DNA of 63,945 bases, the filler included, from an uncultured bacterium (GTDB taxonomy: Bacteria > Auribacterota > CAZIXI01): NCBI GenBank assembly GCA_964543115.1. It is 3 parts of 3 records of this genome, joined end to end, with 100 filler letters (N's around TTAATTAATTAA, not from the genome) between each part and the next. Parts side by side here need not be neighbours in the genome. Positions count along the whole stretch, not along the records: positions 28,463 to 56,475 come from CAZIXI010000010.1; positions 56,576 to 63,945 come from CAZIXI010000173.1; 1 more part is not named here. The stretch is one strand, 5' to 3'. Positions 49,409 through 61,173 of the stretch are shown in pieces; within the stretch, counting starts at the first letter, position 1; each line of letters opens with the position of its first letter. Made by a program: the position numbers and the translations under genes. The notes beneath the pieces were generated by a model. The model was not told the DNA's origin and made no database searches. It was given only the letters and a program-made list of their open reading frames with translations.

Positions 49409-52400
49409 TTAAATACTTTTTCCTATTGTCCGCCCTTCCGTAAGTCCTTGCGGATCTGAATCTTGTTCTAGCAGATCATCTGTAATCGTTTCTCCTCTGG
49501 CGGCGGCGATAAGGCGGTCCGTATCCCATTTGTCTGTGCCAAAGCGCGCTCTTCGCGCTTCCGGAGAGAATTCCAGCTGTAAGCGGCGAATCAGACCAGG
49601 TATATGTAATTTATTTGCTATTATCCCCTTTAACAGTTTACGCTGTTCGTAGGCAAAAGTACCCTTGGTCTCTTTTTCTGCCTGATGCGTATCTCGCGCC
49701 TGAAAAATGCCCCGAGCTCGTTCTTTATATTCATACAAATGCCGGGCTTCATGAGAGGCCGTTTCTTCCAGTGTCCAGATAAATAATTCATAAGCATCAG
49801 CCATCTTCACTTCCCGGGAATCAAATATCCCTAACAGTATTTCAACCATACCCTCGTCCAGCATTGCCCGCAGATCCCAGACAATTGTCCCATGCCTCCG
49901 CGCCGCGTACCCGCTTCTGGGTTTAGTTGAATACTCGAACCCGTTTTCTATCCAGGAACTATTCATGGCTTCTTCCAGTAATTCCGCTATTCTCAGCCAG
50001 ACACTAAGTAAGGGAGATCTTTCCACTTCCTCTGCACTATATTTATAATCGAACCCGGCCTCGTTTGCCTGAATAGCACTAAATCCATCCCTCATCTCAG
50101 CTAATGTTCTGTCGTTAACTCCCCAGGCAGCATACCCTAAATCCCTAAACCGCTTTTTGCTTCGGGCGGCAGCCAGGATTTCTCTTCGCTGTTCTTCCAG
50201 GGTCATGCAATGCTCTTCTCCTTCGTTATCCGTCCAGGAAACATTGAGGTTACGCATTACCTGCAGCAGATCACCAAAATTATCCTGCTGAGCCAGATAA
50301 AAAAATGTTTCTGACGGGATCTCGTTCCATTTGCCGGCATTAATTAATCTGGCAATCTCCAGATTCTTCTCCTTAAGATTCAACTCAAAATTCTGGCTGA
50401 AACTACGATAGAAGTCCCGCGGTAAGGTCGGGAGATAAATACCATGCACAATCATTAGATAGACACTGGCCTTCATTGCCCCAACAGCCATGGCCTTTTT
50501 CAAGCTTAAGAGATGTTTCTGTTCGTCTGCCAGAGCGTTACGGGTGCGCACCAGGCGCATGCCGGCCGGAATATCTATCGCTAGTCCCTGCCAGTAAAGT
50601 TCTGTATGGAGAATTTCCGGAATAAACTCAGTATAGTCGGGATAGGCATGATCCTGCGGATCACGGAAATACAGATCTTTGTGCGTTACCCGGTTGTGGC
50701 GGCGCGGACGGCACCAGTAATAACTCAAATCTCCCTGCGGTGTATTAACACTGCTCAAGAGTTCTTTCTCTTCGTTTATTAACTGGCCCGGCTCATCCGC
50801 TGAGAACCGGTTATAATAGACTTTAGCGTCGGCAGCGCTTATCGTGCCGCCGTATAATGACAAATATTCACTGGCGTTCAGCGCCTCTAACTGTGGTTCC
50901 TCTTCCCTGCCGGCAAAACGCTTTACCCGCTGAATCTCTGTACCTTTCCAGTAACCCTTACGTGCCTTAACGGCTTTTCTCTCCCTGCCCTTAAGTGTCT
51001 CATCAGGAACCAGCAGATAATTCAGTATCGCCTGCAAATCCATCCCTACCGGATCGGTTACACTGACAATCCATTCATTCTTTCCCTGCGGAATATAACT
51101 GCGTACATCAATTTCCCCTGCCGGCAACGGAACAACATCCTCCCCCCCCTGACGCGTGCGTTTTAACTCTGAAATTTTAATCACGTTCCGGCCGGTTGCC
51201 TCATCAACCTCTCTGACAAAGGTCAGGTAATATATCCAGCCGTCACCGACTCCTGTTTTTACCCGCACTTCGTCGAAGTCACTGAACAATGTGTAGAATC
51301 CCTGGCCCAGAAAACCGGCAAAATCCACCTCCTCCGGATCCGCTTTCTCCACCCGGGCGCCGCGGATGGCGTCACGGCTGTTCTGCAGCAATTCCCGCAG
51401 GAAAAGGCAAAAACTGTCTTCCTGGCCAATGACCACTTTGCTGATTTTTTTCTGCCAACCAACTAAGTCGGCACCCTGAATATCCTTCTTCGCCAGAATT
51501 TTTTCCAACTCTTCCAGGGTAACCTCCGGCTGGCCCAGCCTATTCCGGAACAGCCGGGTTGCCAAGATCAACCGAGCTAGATCAATATCTTCCAGGCTGT
51601 ACTCTTCTTCCCCCTCCACAAAATCAGCTGTTTCCCGTTCAACCAAAAATTCCGCCTGTTCCGGTTTCAGATAACGCAGGTATTTCTGCAGTTCAAACGG
51701 CGCCTGCCCTTCCTCCACTTCTTCCTGCAAAAACCGCCAGCCGGGAATATCGTGGCACTCAGCAGTTTCCGTTACCCGCTTTTTTCCAGCGGCAATTATC
51801 TGATTCCATTTTCTATCTCCTACAGCTAACAATTCAACAGTTTCTAAAATAATCTCATAATCATCTAAGACAAACCGGCAGCTGCTCCCATACCCTGTCA
51901 GCGGAATCTCCTTAAGCGTTTCCAGTGTCGCCAGATCCCAGATGCGGGCGATTTCATCATCACCGGCCGTAACCAGATATTTTCCATCACTACTGAAATC
52001 GGCGTCATAAACAATTCCGCTATGTCCCTTTAAAATTGACTTCATGAAATAATGACCGTCTTCATCTCTCTGCAGCAATTCCAGCAACCCATCTTCTTTT
52101 GGCAATATCATATATTCACTGTCAGGGCTGAAGGCAACAAAACAGCACTCATCATCATAACCACGATATTTCCCACTATAGATAAAGCATCCATCTTTAT
52201 TACATTGTATCATTAATTCTATGTTGCCACCTGATAATACAGCTAAGGTTTTTCCATCCGGACTGAATTCCAGCCTTGATATCGGCCCGTCAGAAACATG
52301 CAGTGACCGATCTTTCTGGTACTGATCCTCGCTATCTCTTTTGTATATCACAACATTCTTTTTATTGCCAACTGCCAGATAAGTACCGTCGGAACTGAAT

Positions 52401-55400
52401 CTGGCCACAACTTCCCATTTTGCATCAACCCGGGGGAAATGAATTTTCGCCCTTAACCTCCCGGCCCCTAGATGGTTTCTGTCCGGACCAGTTTCCTGCA
52501 CGACATGCACCCAGTCACCTTCTAGAACAGCAGCAACGCATTCTCCTTCTTTGGGAATAGAAACACCCAATATTCCATCAGGAACTCTGCTCGCCGATTG
52601 TACCGTGGCCAGCGTCCAGTCCGGTTCGGCAGATACAAATTCTCTTTTTCCCTCTGCTGTTTTAATTATTTTCGCATAAAGATCACCACGGACATCAGAC
52701 CAAAAAACCACCATTTGTTTATCGGCAGCTGTAAATAAAACCTTCCGGATATCGGCATTAACAGCAATAGGTATTCTTTTTATTTTCTCCCAGCGCCGGG
52801 TATCCCAAATATTTAGACCACCATCATCGACAACCGGCACAACGTAATCCTGCTTTTCACTTGAATAAAGTGCTGAAATTACCGGTCCGCAATCAACATC
52901 TTCTTGCATTCCATACCGACCATTGCGCCATTTGTAAACAATGATTTTCCCGTCTAGCCCGCTACCCATAATCAGCAGATCACCGTTGCCGATAAATTGG
53001 GGGCAAAGCATATTGTCAAATGCAATTGTTTGCCGATAGACATAGGATCCTAAATTCCTAAACACTCTTAACGAATCACGTCTATCCTGAACTATCATTC
53101 GCTTACCTTCCACACTAAACTGCGGCATATCAAGCTGGCTGGAATTTCCCTCAACTTGATGCCATACATGCGGATTCCCATATTCCCCTCCTTCTTTGTT
53201 TAACGCAATAAACTCTGTATTTTCGCCTTGCATAAGAACAATTAAACTTTCCCCATCCGGACCAAAAACGGCACCGGTAATCTTTGGGCCTCTATTTATT
53301 ATAATCGCCTTCGTCATTACAACTTCTCCCGGAGCATCAATCTGCCAAAAAGCGGCAGTGCCTTTATCACAGGCGGTAAACAGCTCTCTGCCCTCAACAC
53401 TAAACTCGATAGTAGTTACCGCGCCCTTGTGTACATCATATATTTCACGCTGATTAGCCATCGTCTTATCACAGCGAGAAATAAAAGTCGCACCCGATTC
53501 TTTGCCAAAAACTAGATTTTTTCCGTCCGGAGAGAATTTGGCGCAGGAAACACCGTCAACAATCATCTTCAGATCCAATTGGCCATCAATATTTTCCCAC
53601 ACCCGCATTTCTCCCCCGGCACAGGCCAGAATGAACTTGCCATCCGGCGTAACAGCAACGTTATCTGTTTTAAGGTCATCAGCATTAAGACCGGTTTTAT
53701 GATCCGGATATTCCCTTACCTCTGTCCAATCAGCTCCGCCGGTAGCAGCCGCCGGGACCTGTTGCTGTTTGCGTCCGAGTTCCAACACCCTTAGATTTTG
53801 CTCTTCATGAGGAAGATCTCCATCAATAAAGACTATCCGGGAACTGTCTTCACTAAAGAAGAATTTATGGACTTTTCGCTGCGGAACAAGTGTAGAATAT
53901 TTTTCCACTCTGAGATCACAGAGCTCGATCCCCCCTTCTTCTTTGGCAAACGCCAGGTATTCCTCATCAGCACTAAAACAAAAATCAGAAATACTGCCGT
54001 GAACTAGCACTGATGCCTGATCATGGCGCACATAACGGTTGCCGACGCGCACCCAAAGGGATACGCCCGTTCGATTACCCTCGACAGCTTCCAAAGCCGC
54101 TATATATTTTCCACTGACACTGATCTTAAACGCGGCAATCTCTGCTTCTCCTTCAAACACCTGTTTACTGACACTTGCTTCCTCTTCGCCATCTTCCATC
54201 AAGACATCCAATTGACCTTGCTGATTAAGATTCATCGTCCAGACTTGTAATTGACCGCGCTTACTTATCCCTACTATCTCATTTTCACAGGGGGAAAGAA
54301 CCGCACGAAATGGTGCGTCAGTAAAATCTGCTATGCCTGTGTATCCAGTCTGCGTGCGCCGCACAAGTGCTGTTTGATTCCTCGCGTCCGGCACAAGCAT
54401 CAGCAGATTGCCGTCAGCGCTAAAACTAATTTTCTGCACCTGACCACCTTTAAGCATACGTACGCCTTCCACATTCACGTCACACCAGGACATTCTGTTC
54501 TCTAAAACATACACTGCTCCCGCATCTCCCCCGCAATAAAGCCTTTCACCGTCGGGGCTAAAAGCCAAGGCACTGATTTTTGTTTTGTTCACGATATCCA
54601 TACCCTTTATTATTTCATAATCATGACCGTCTCTACGCCAGATCATTATCCTTCCAAGATTATCACCAAAAGCCAAATACCGGCCATCAGCACTACAGGC
54701 AACTGCTTCTATTTTTACGTGCTCGCCATTTATACCCCTGACAGTTTGTATCTTAGAGCAACGATTGCCTTCTCTCTTCCAGATCGCGGTTTCCCGCCCT
54801 CCCTGAACCACGAAATGGTCACTATCAGGAATAGGATGAACATCTCGCACCCACTCCACTTTTTCTTCCGGGCCCTCCACCGCCTGTTCCCAATCAAGTT
54901 TGCCTTGCACCTTCTCAGTTTCTCCCGGCAGCGTTGGTAACTCACTTTGATAAGGATAAATCTCTTCCAGCAGCTCCAGCAGCCGCCGGCTGTGTTTGCG
55001 GTAACGGGTAAAGATCTTTTGCCAGCGGGTACTTAATCTTTCCAATTGCGCTGAACTGGTAAGCACGGGAGAGATCAGGTCAAAGAACTGCGAGAAGCGG
55101 CGGATTGTTTCCAGATTCTGATCTTTCAGGGTATCGTACCATTGCGCCAACAGATCAGTCGTTAAAAAGGTGAGTACCTGCCCGGTCATGAACGGCAGGA
55201 AACATTTTATTTTTTCCAAGTCAAAATGCCAGATGTTTAAGCGGATGAGGTTTTGCAGCAGCCGCTGGCGGGCCTTCAAATTCCTGCCATTATTAAATTC
55301 ATACCCCAGCGATTGATCGATATCTTCTATCAAGGCCTTTAAAGTATCCTGTTTTTTTCCAAAATCATTAAATAGACTGAACTCTTCTATAAGTAGTGTG

Positions 55401-56475
55401 TCCCGATATTGCCCAAACAGTACCTCTACCCAGTCAAGGTCATGGAGCAATGGTTCTGCCAGCTCAAGAAATGAAACCAGATCATTAAGAAATAATTCCA
55501 ATTCCTGCAGGCAACTGCGCGGACTAGCGGCTTTCTCCAATTCCCCGCTTATCCTTTCGGTGAGCTGATGTATTTGCGGATAACTGTGTTTCGCCAGTAA
55601 TCCGGCAACCGCTTTCTGAACATCAAAATCCTCTTCTTCTGGATCTGTGGTCACTTCATCTTCAGCACTAGATTGTTCTTTGATCCTCTCTTTTTCAAAG
55701 CGCACTCTGGCCGGCCGGGGGCCGTAACTAATATAAAAACTCAATGCATGTTCCAGGTGACGGATCAGGTTTTCAAGGTGTTCCGGTTGTTTAGCAGCAT
55801 CAAGTAATTCTTTATCCGCTGTCTCTGCTTCCCGCCAAAGCGTACGGTCAATAAAGATATAACGGCCCCATTCCTGAAAGATCTGTTGTTCGCTGCTAAA
55901 ATCAACGAGATATAATCCCCTTTCGAAAACACGATAATCCGTTACCGGATCTACCCCAAAGGTATTCTTAGGATTAAACCGGAACAAGGCCTGGTCCAAG
56001 AACCGGATACGGCTCTCTGCCGGCGCGCTAAAGGTAAGGAATTCTTCCTTATTGGGTAAAATCATCTCTCCTTCAGCGCGGACATCTTGTTTGCGCAATC
56101 GTTCATAAATAAACCGTTCTAGATCAGCCCCCGGCACTAAACCGCCGAGTTCTCTCTCTATCCGCTGTTTTTCCCGGACAATACCGGCAAGACCGTTCAA
56201 CAGCAAATCTCTTTTTGTTCCCTGACTGCGGGCAATCACTTCTTCAATCAGATACTTAAACGCCGCCACCGCTACCTCGTCCATGACAATTTTGTTTCGG
56301 CTGTCCCCGCCCACCGAGCTCCAGCGCGGCAGTTCGATTACCATCCGCTCCGGAATATTGATCCCCTTCACCATAAATCTTTCTATACAGACTCCGGCTA
56401 CCTGCAGCACTGCCTCCATTTTAATATTTTCCGCGGCAACTTCCGGTTCCTGATAAAAGCACCTGACCTGCTCCC
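49409..56475 (-). CDS. C-terminal part of giant protein G4 (at least 2350 aa, 5'-truncated by gap): about 21 WD40-like blades, GHKL/HSP90-like ATPase, HExxH motif
   Basis: Frame stays open upstream of the 56419 ATG to the Ns; repeated FSxDG blades incl. LKGHSGIVYDADFSSDGKYLVTAGDDEIARIWD; RELLQNSRDA; GFLGQGFY; SHEARH. Confidence 0.82.
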
Positions 56476-56575
56476 NNNNNNNNNNNNNNNNNNNNNNNNN
56501 NNNNNNNNNNNNNNNNNNNTTAATTAATTAANNNNNNNNNNNNNNNNNNNNNNNNNNNNNNNNNNNNNNNNNNNN
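56476..56575. other. Artificial contig-join spacer (N44-TTAATTAATTAA-N44)
   Basis: Identical to the spacer at 28363-28462. Confidence 0.97.
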
Positions 56576-56701
56576 ATAGTAATCCTTTGTGATCTTCGTG
56601 AGCTTCGTGGTTTGATATTTTTTTGTATTATTTATTTACCAACACGGCCGAAGGACGGCACCGTCCACGTAATAACATCATGCATTTAACACTAATTCGC
56701 C

Positions 56702-56730
56702 TTGACTTTGCCTAAGCAATCAAGTATAAA
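56702..56730 (+). promoter_or_regulatory. Sigma70 promoter, probably producing a leaderless mRNA
   Basis: TTGACT-N17-TATAAA; ATG lies 7 nt after the -10 box with no RBS. Confidence 0.6.
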
Positions 56731-56737
56731 ATCTGTT

Positions 56738-57370
56738 ATGATCATTAAGAATAATCTTGCCGGAAAAATTCTGAAACGATTAGTATCCGATGTGTCTGCC
56801 TGGATGCTTATCCTGTCCAACATCGTTGTCATCTTCTTGGCCGTTAAAGAACAATGGCCGCTCTCCACGGTAATCTGGACCTACTGGTGGCAAAGCGTGA
56901 TCATCGGCCTATTTACGGTAACTAAAATATTGTCCCTGCGCGATTTCTCCACTGAAGGCGTTACCCTGCAGGATAAGCCTGTTGCCCCCAGCAAAGAGAC
57001 TAAGCGTCGTTCCGCTCTCTTCTTCAGCGTTCACTACGGTTTTTTTCACTTATGTTACGCACTCATTCTACTGGCTTTACTTAAAAATGTCCACGACATA
57101 AAACATATCGCCTTAGCGGCCCTAATATTTTTTGCCAACCACCTCTTTTCATTTATTTACAACCGAAAAGAAGATCAGCAGCGGCGGCAATACCTGGGCG
57201 TTATTATGGGATTTCCTTACGCCAGGATTATCCCTATGCACCTGTTTGTCCTCACAGGCGGATTCCTCTTCCCCGGAAGTTTCCTGGTTATCTTCCTTAT
57301 CCTGAAAACCCTGGCCGACGTAATCATGCACGTAATCGGTCACGAAAACTGGTACCTGCCTAAAGACTGA
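56738..57370 (+). CDS. Multi-pass membrane protein (DUF6498-like)
   Basis: TM helices with YWWQSVIIG, FFSVHYGFFH, PYARIIPMH, LKTLAD motifs. Confidence 0.65.
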   Translation: MIIKNNLAGKILKRLVSDVSAWMLILSNIVVIFLAVKEQWPLSTVIWTYWWQSVIIGLFTVTKILSLRDFSTEGVTLQDKPVAPSKETKRRSALFFSVHYGFFHLCYALILLALLKNVHDIKHIALAALIFFANHLFSFIYNRKEDQQRRQYLGVIMGFPYARIIPMHLFVLTGGFLFPGSFLVIFLILKTLADVIMHVIGHENWYLPKD

Positions 57371-57400
57371 TGTCAGCCCCAACCCACAATTATTAGCAAT

Positions 57401-59335
57401 TTACGGTATGTTAACGTTGCCCGCGTTTTCACAATTGGCCCCATAAGTAAATTCATCGGCGACACAGCCGACAATAGAATTGTAGCTGCCCAAATCGTTT
57501 ACGGCAACGCCAGACTTGGTGGCCTGACACCCGACAATACGATTATACCTTGCGGTTACCTGCAATTCTATTTCTTCTGCCACACTCGCGGAAATACAAT
57601 TGCCGACACCCGCAATAATAAACGGTTCGTCAGTATAAATATTAATAAATGAATTATATGAACAACTCTCTGACGCGAATGCCGCCCCGGGACCGGTGCA
57701 CCCGATAGAAACAACATCGCAAAACAAGTTATAGCTTGATCCGCCATTCAGCAGTATGCCTTTCTGATTATTATGACTTGCTGACAGGTTAGAGATCCTG
57801 TTGTTATCCGCGTCGTTGAAATAAAGCCCGTGCCAGTCGTTATTGTCGGCATGAATGTTTTCCAGACTATTATTATCCGCATGCAGTAAATATATGCCGT
57901 AAACATTATTGTTTGCCGATATATTGCTCAATTGATTACTTGAGCTGGAACTCAAGAATAAGCCATAACGACAGGACCGTAATTTAGCGCCCTCTACCTT
58001 ATTATTCCAGCAATGTTTAAATTCCAGGCTGTCAGTACCATTGGGCTTACCATCTTTCACAACAATATTTCTCACCACGCTATTAATTACACCCCTAAAA
58101 TAAACCGCCGCCTTCCCAATGACACCGGAAACAACGGTAATATTAGCCAATTCGATTTTATCGTAAAATGTGCCGGCATAATAGGCGCTGCCGGAGAGGG
58201 CCTTTCCCCGGTATGCTTTTGCCAGGGTTAATACGGAGCCGTTTACATTTTCTATCAGATAAGGCACGTTATTAAGGATAATATAATCATTGGCACTGAG
58301 CGCGCTCCAGCCAGGCACATTGTTACCGGTTACCGTTTCACTGTCATGCGCTACGTCCACATCCCCTTCAGTCACGGGTTCGTCACCTTCGGCCTTCAGC
58401 TGATGCCCTACCAAGCTAACAATCACTCCGTCGCGGGTCTCCCCGATCAGTTTTTGACCGTTCTTAAGCATAACATCTTCATTTTCGTTATAGGTGCCAT
58501 TTTTAATAAAAATACTGGCACCCGCGGCTTCCCCGGCACAGGCGGCAGCCAATGTAGTATAATCTCCGCCCACAGGAGCAACAATAGCGTCATAGATATT
58601 TAACTTGATACCGTCAGCATCAGCAAGCAAACCACTGCCGGTTTTCACTTTCAGCCCGCTGTCATTTTCCAATCCGCCGGCGGCAGCCAGCTGCACCGCG
58701 GAACCGGCTACTTTGTCGGCGGCGGTTATCTGCTGCAGGGCCGAATCACTGACATTCTGTAGCGTATTACTATTACCATCTATGGTTTTGTTGGTAATGC
58801 TCTGACTGCTGCTGGTGCCCACAAGGTCTCCGGAACTGGGCGCGCTCAATCCGCCCAGGGTATCGGCACTGCCCGCGGATTGGGCATGCTGGGCGTGCTG
58901 GGCATAGGCAACGGAACTTATCGGCTTATTCGGCTTCAAATGCTGGCTTCCGTTAACTCCGTCATCAAACCAGATACTCAGATATGTGCTGCTGTTATTA
59001 TAAAAAATGTCCGCCGGTAATTCATTGCGCATATTGGGAATACTGGTATCACCCAGCAGCACATTAAATGTCCCATTGGTAACAGTTAGGGAAACGGCGT
59101 TTTCCGGTTCACTGCCGGCAGTAGAGGTCTCGTCATTGGACCAATAAGTGGTAGCGTCTGTACTGTCAACAATGGCAAACTTAAAGTTGCCTGTTCCGTT
59201 AAACGGAATCCCGTTTACCCGCACCTCGCCGTAGTAATCGATCGTAGTCGGGGTATCCGCGGCCGCGTAATTTATTACCGCCAAAACCGCTAAAACAACA
59301 CCAATCACCAATCCTCTTTTCAAAACCGCTTTCAT
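57401..59335 (-). CDS. Secreted protein with tail-fibre-like N-domain and right-handed beta-helix (pectin-lyase/NosD-like) repeats
   Basis: Signal peptide; YYGEVRVNGIPFNGTGNFKFAIVD...FNVLLG...SVAYAQHA; GDYTTLAAAC...IFIKNGTYNE; N-rich ADNN/NNxxG repeats. Confidence 0.65.
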   Translation of the reverse strand: MKAVLKRGLVIGVVLAVLAVINYAAADTPTTIDYYGEVRVNGIPFNGTGNFKFAIVDSTDATTYWSNDETSTAGSEPENAVSLTVTNGTFNVLLGDTSIPNMRNELPADIFYNNSSTYLSIWFDDGVNGSQHLKPNKPISSVAYAQHAQHAQSAGSADTLGGLSAPSSGDLVGTSSSQSITNKTIDGNSNTLQNVSDSALQQITAADKVAGSAVQLAAAGGLENDSGLKVKTGSGLLADADGIKLNIYDAIVAPVGGDYTTLAAACAGEAAGASIFIKNGTYNENEDVMLKNGQKLIGETRDGVIVSLVGHQLKAEGDEPVTEGDVDVAHDSETVTGNNVPGWSALSANDYIILNNVPYLIENVNGSVLTLAKAYRGKALSGSAYYAGTFYDKIELANITVVSGVIGKAAVYFRGVINSVVRNIVVKDGKPNGTDSLEFKHCWNNKVEGAKLRSCRYGLFLSSSSSNQLSNISANNNVYGIYLLHADNNSLENIHADNNDWHGLYFNDADNNRISNLSASHNNQKGILLNGGSSYNLFCDVVSIGCTGPGAAFASESCSYNSFINIYTDEPFIIAGVGNCISASVAEEIELQVTARYNRIVGCQATKSGVAVNDLGSYNSIVGCVADEFTYGANCENAGNVNIP

Positions 59336-59353
59336 TTTTTACCTCCCTTTTTC

Positions 59354-59378
59354 GGGAGGGCGCAAGGCCCTCCCCTAC
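59354..59378 (-). repeat. GTAG-family REP-like palindrome
   Basis: Minus strand GTAG-GGGAGGGC-CTTGC-GCCCTCCC. Confidence 0.5.
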
Positions 59379-59399
59379 TATCTGTCCTTCTCTGACTGA

Positions 59400-60905
59400 T
59401 TAGAACTGCCGCATGCCGCAGCTATCGTGACCGCCAATCCAGGTGTAGTCACCGCTGCTCCAGTACATCGCCCTTTCCACGTTAATCGGGACATCGGCAT
59501 TTACTGTAACCGACACGTCCCGGGCATCCATATTTTCCACACTATTTACGTTAATTGTATATCGTTTCTGCGCGTCCAAAGTAAAGGAAACCGCTGAAGT
59601 AATACCGTCCTGATCCATAAAGGTAGCGGTAATATTAGCGGTTGTGGTTCCCGGGTTCTGGAAAAGCACATATTCATCAAAACCTCTGGTACAGCCTTCG
59701 GCCAGGTACCAGATAGAAGCCGGCGCAGTCACTCCTACACTGTCGTGGCCGCCGGCCCAGGTCAGCTCACCGCTGTCCCAGTACATCGCCCGCTCAACAT
59801 TGATTGCCGCGTCTGAAGTTACACTAACGGACACATCACGTTCATTCATATTAGTCACATTATTAACATGCACCGTATAACGCGATTGACCGGCCAGAGT
59901 AATCGGCACTAACGTTGTCTGGCCATCCTGATCCATAAAGGTAGCGCTAATATTAGCGGTAGTGGTTCCCGGATTCTGGAAAAGCACATATTCATCAAAG
60001 CCGCGCGTACAACCCTCTGCCAGATACCAACTAGTAGCCGGGGCGGTTACACCAATACTCACGTGGCCGCCAATCCAATTATATTCGCCGCTACCCCAAT
60101 ACATGGACCGTTCCACATTAATGGGAATATCAGAAGTAACCGCAGTGGAAACATCCCGGTTCTCCATTCCCACTACGGCGTTAACATGAATGGTATAACG
60201 CCTCTGCCCGGCCAGTGTTATCGCTACCTCTGCCGTATTGCCGTCAGGATCCATAAAAACAGCGGTAATCGCGGCCGTGGCGGTATTAGGATTCTGGAAC
60301 AATACATATTCATCAAAACCGTTAGTACAGCCTTCCGCCAGGTACCAGCTGGTAGACGGAGATGTTATCCCGATACTGTTGTGGCCGCCGGCCCAGGAAA
60401 GGTCGCCGCTGTCCCAGTACATCGCCCGTTCCACCCGTACCGGGATCTGGTTCTTAGAAATAACTGTTGTGGACACATCACAAGCTTCGAATCCCGGCAC
60501 TGTATTAACATGAATTGTATACCGTTTGGTTCCGGCAATTGTTTCGCTAACTTCTGCCGTCGCTCCATTCTGGTTCATAAAAGTTATCAGCACACTTGCC
60601 GCCTGCGAATTAGGATTCTGGATCAACACATAAGTATCAAAACCATTAGTACAACCTTCGGCCAGGTACCAAACGGTAGAATCACCTACCTCCGCGCCGC
60701 CGGTATTATAATCCTCCGCTCCGGCACCCGAAATAATCGCGTTAGCACCCAGCACGTCAGCTATACTGTAGTTTGCTGACTTTAAACCAATGGACGCGGC
60801 CGAAACAAACATATCATCTTTAAAAGAATAATTAACGCTGCTGCCCGCAAAAACCGGTGTTGGCAGTAAAGATAATATAAAGATTAATATTAATATTTTT
60901 TTCAT
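59400..60905 (-). CDS. Secreted protein with four ~106-aa WYLAEGCT...QNP...VERxMYW repeats
   Basis: Signal peptide; four repeats with about 318-324 bp period; the last two are near-identical at DNA level (59609-59680 vs 59927-59998). Confidence 0.8.
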   Translation of the reverse strand: MKKILILIFILSLLPTPVFAGSSVNYSFKDDMFVSAASIGLKSANYSIADVLGANAIISGAGAEDYNTGGAEVGDSTVWYLAEGCTNGFDTYVLIQNPNSQAASVLITFMNQNGATAEVSETIAGTKRYTIHVNTVPGFEACDVSTTVISKNQIPVRVERAMYWDSGDLSWAGGHNSIGITSPSTSWYLAEGCTNGFDEYVLFQNPNTATAAITAVFMDPDGNTAEVAITLAGQRRYTIHVNAVVGMENRDVSTAVTSDIPINVERSMYWGSGEYNWIGGHVSIGVTAPATSWYLAEGCTRGFDEYVLFQNPGTTTANISATFMDQDGQTTLVPITLAGQSRYTVHVNNVTNMNERDVSVSVTSDAAINVERAMYWDSGELTWAGGHDSVGVTAPASIWYLAEGCTRGFDEYVLFQNPGTTTANITATFMDQDGITSAVSFTLDAQKRYTINVNSVENMDARDVSVTVNADVPINVERAMYWSSGDYTWIGGHDSCGMRQF

Positions 60906-60930
60906 TTATCCCACCTCCCCCTTATATCAA

Positions 60931-61173
60931 TTAAACGTTATGTCCCCAGAAATTATCGTCGGAGCCGTTAGGGCCCCAGAAATCATCATCACCACCAACA
61001 GAGCTCCAGGAACCGACATTTAAATCCCGTAAACACTCAACATCTTTACTCCACTCCATTGCCGTAGATGATTCATCTAAAGGCAATTCATAATTACAGT
61101 ACGAGCACCTTGCTACCAGCGCCCCTCTTTTCACCCTGTTTTTTTCCCGGCACCGCGGACAAATCATTCTCAT
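60931..61173 (-). CDS. Small CxxC-CxxC zinc-ribbon protein with acidic/Gly tail
   Basis: MRMICPRC...RCSYC; GGAGG-like RBS before ATG 61173; no family recognised. Confidence 0.4.
   Translation of the reverse strand: MRMICPRCREKNRVKRGALVARCSYCNYELPLDESSTAMEWSKDVECLRDLNVGSWSSVGGDDDFWGPNGSDDNFWGHNV

Noticed and set aside
51142..51149. C8/G8 homopolymer as a phase-variation switch
   Set aside because: The frame is intact and the tract is short; no evidence of length variation from a single sequence (noted only as lying at the GHKL block junction).
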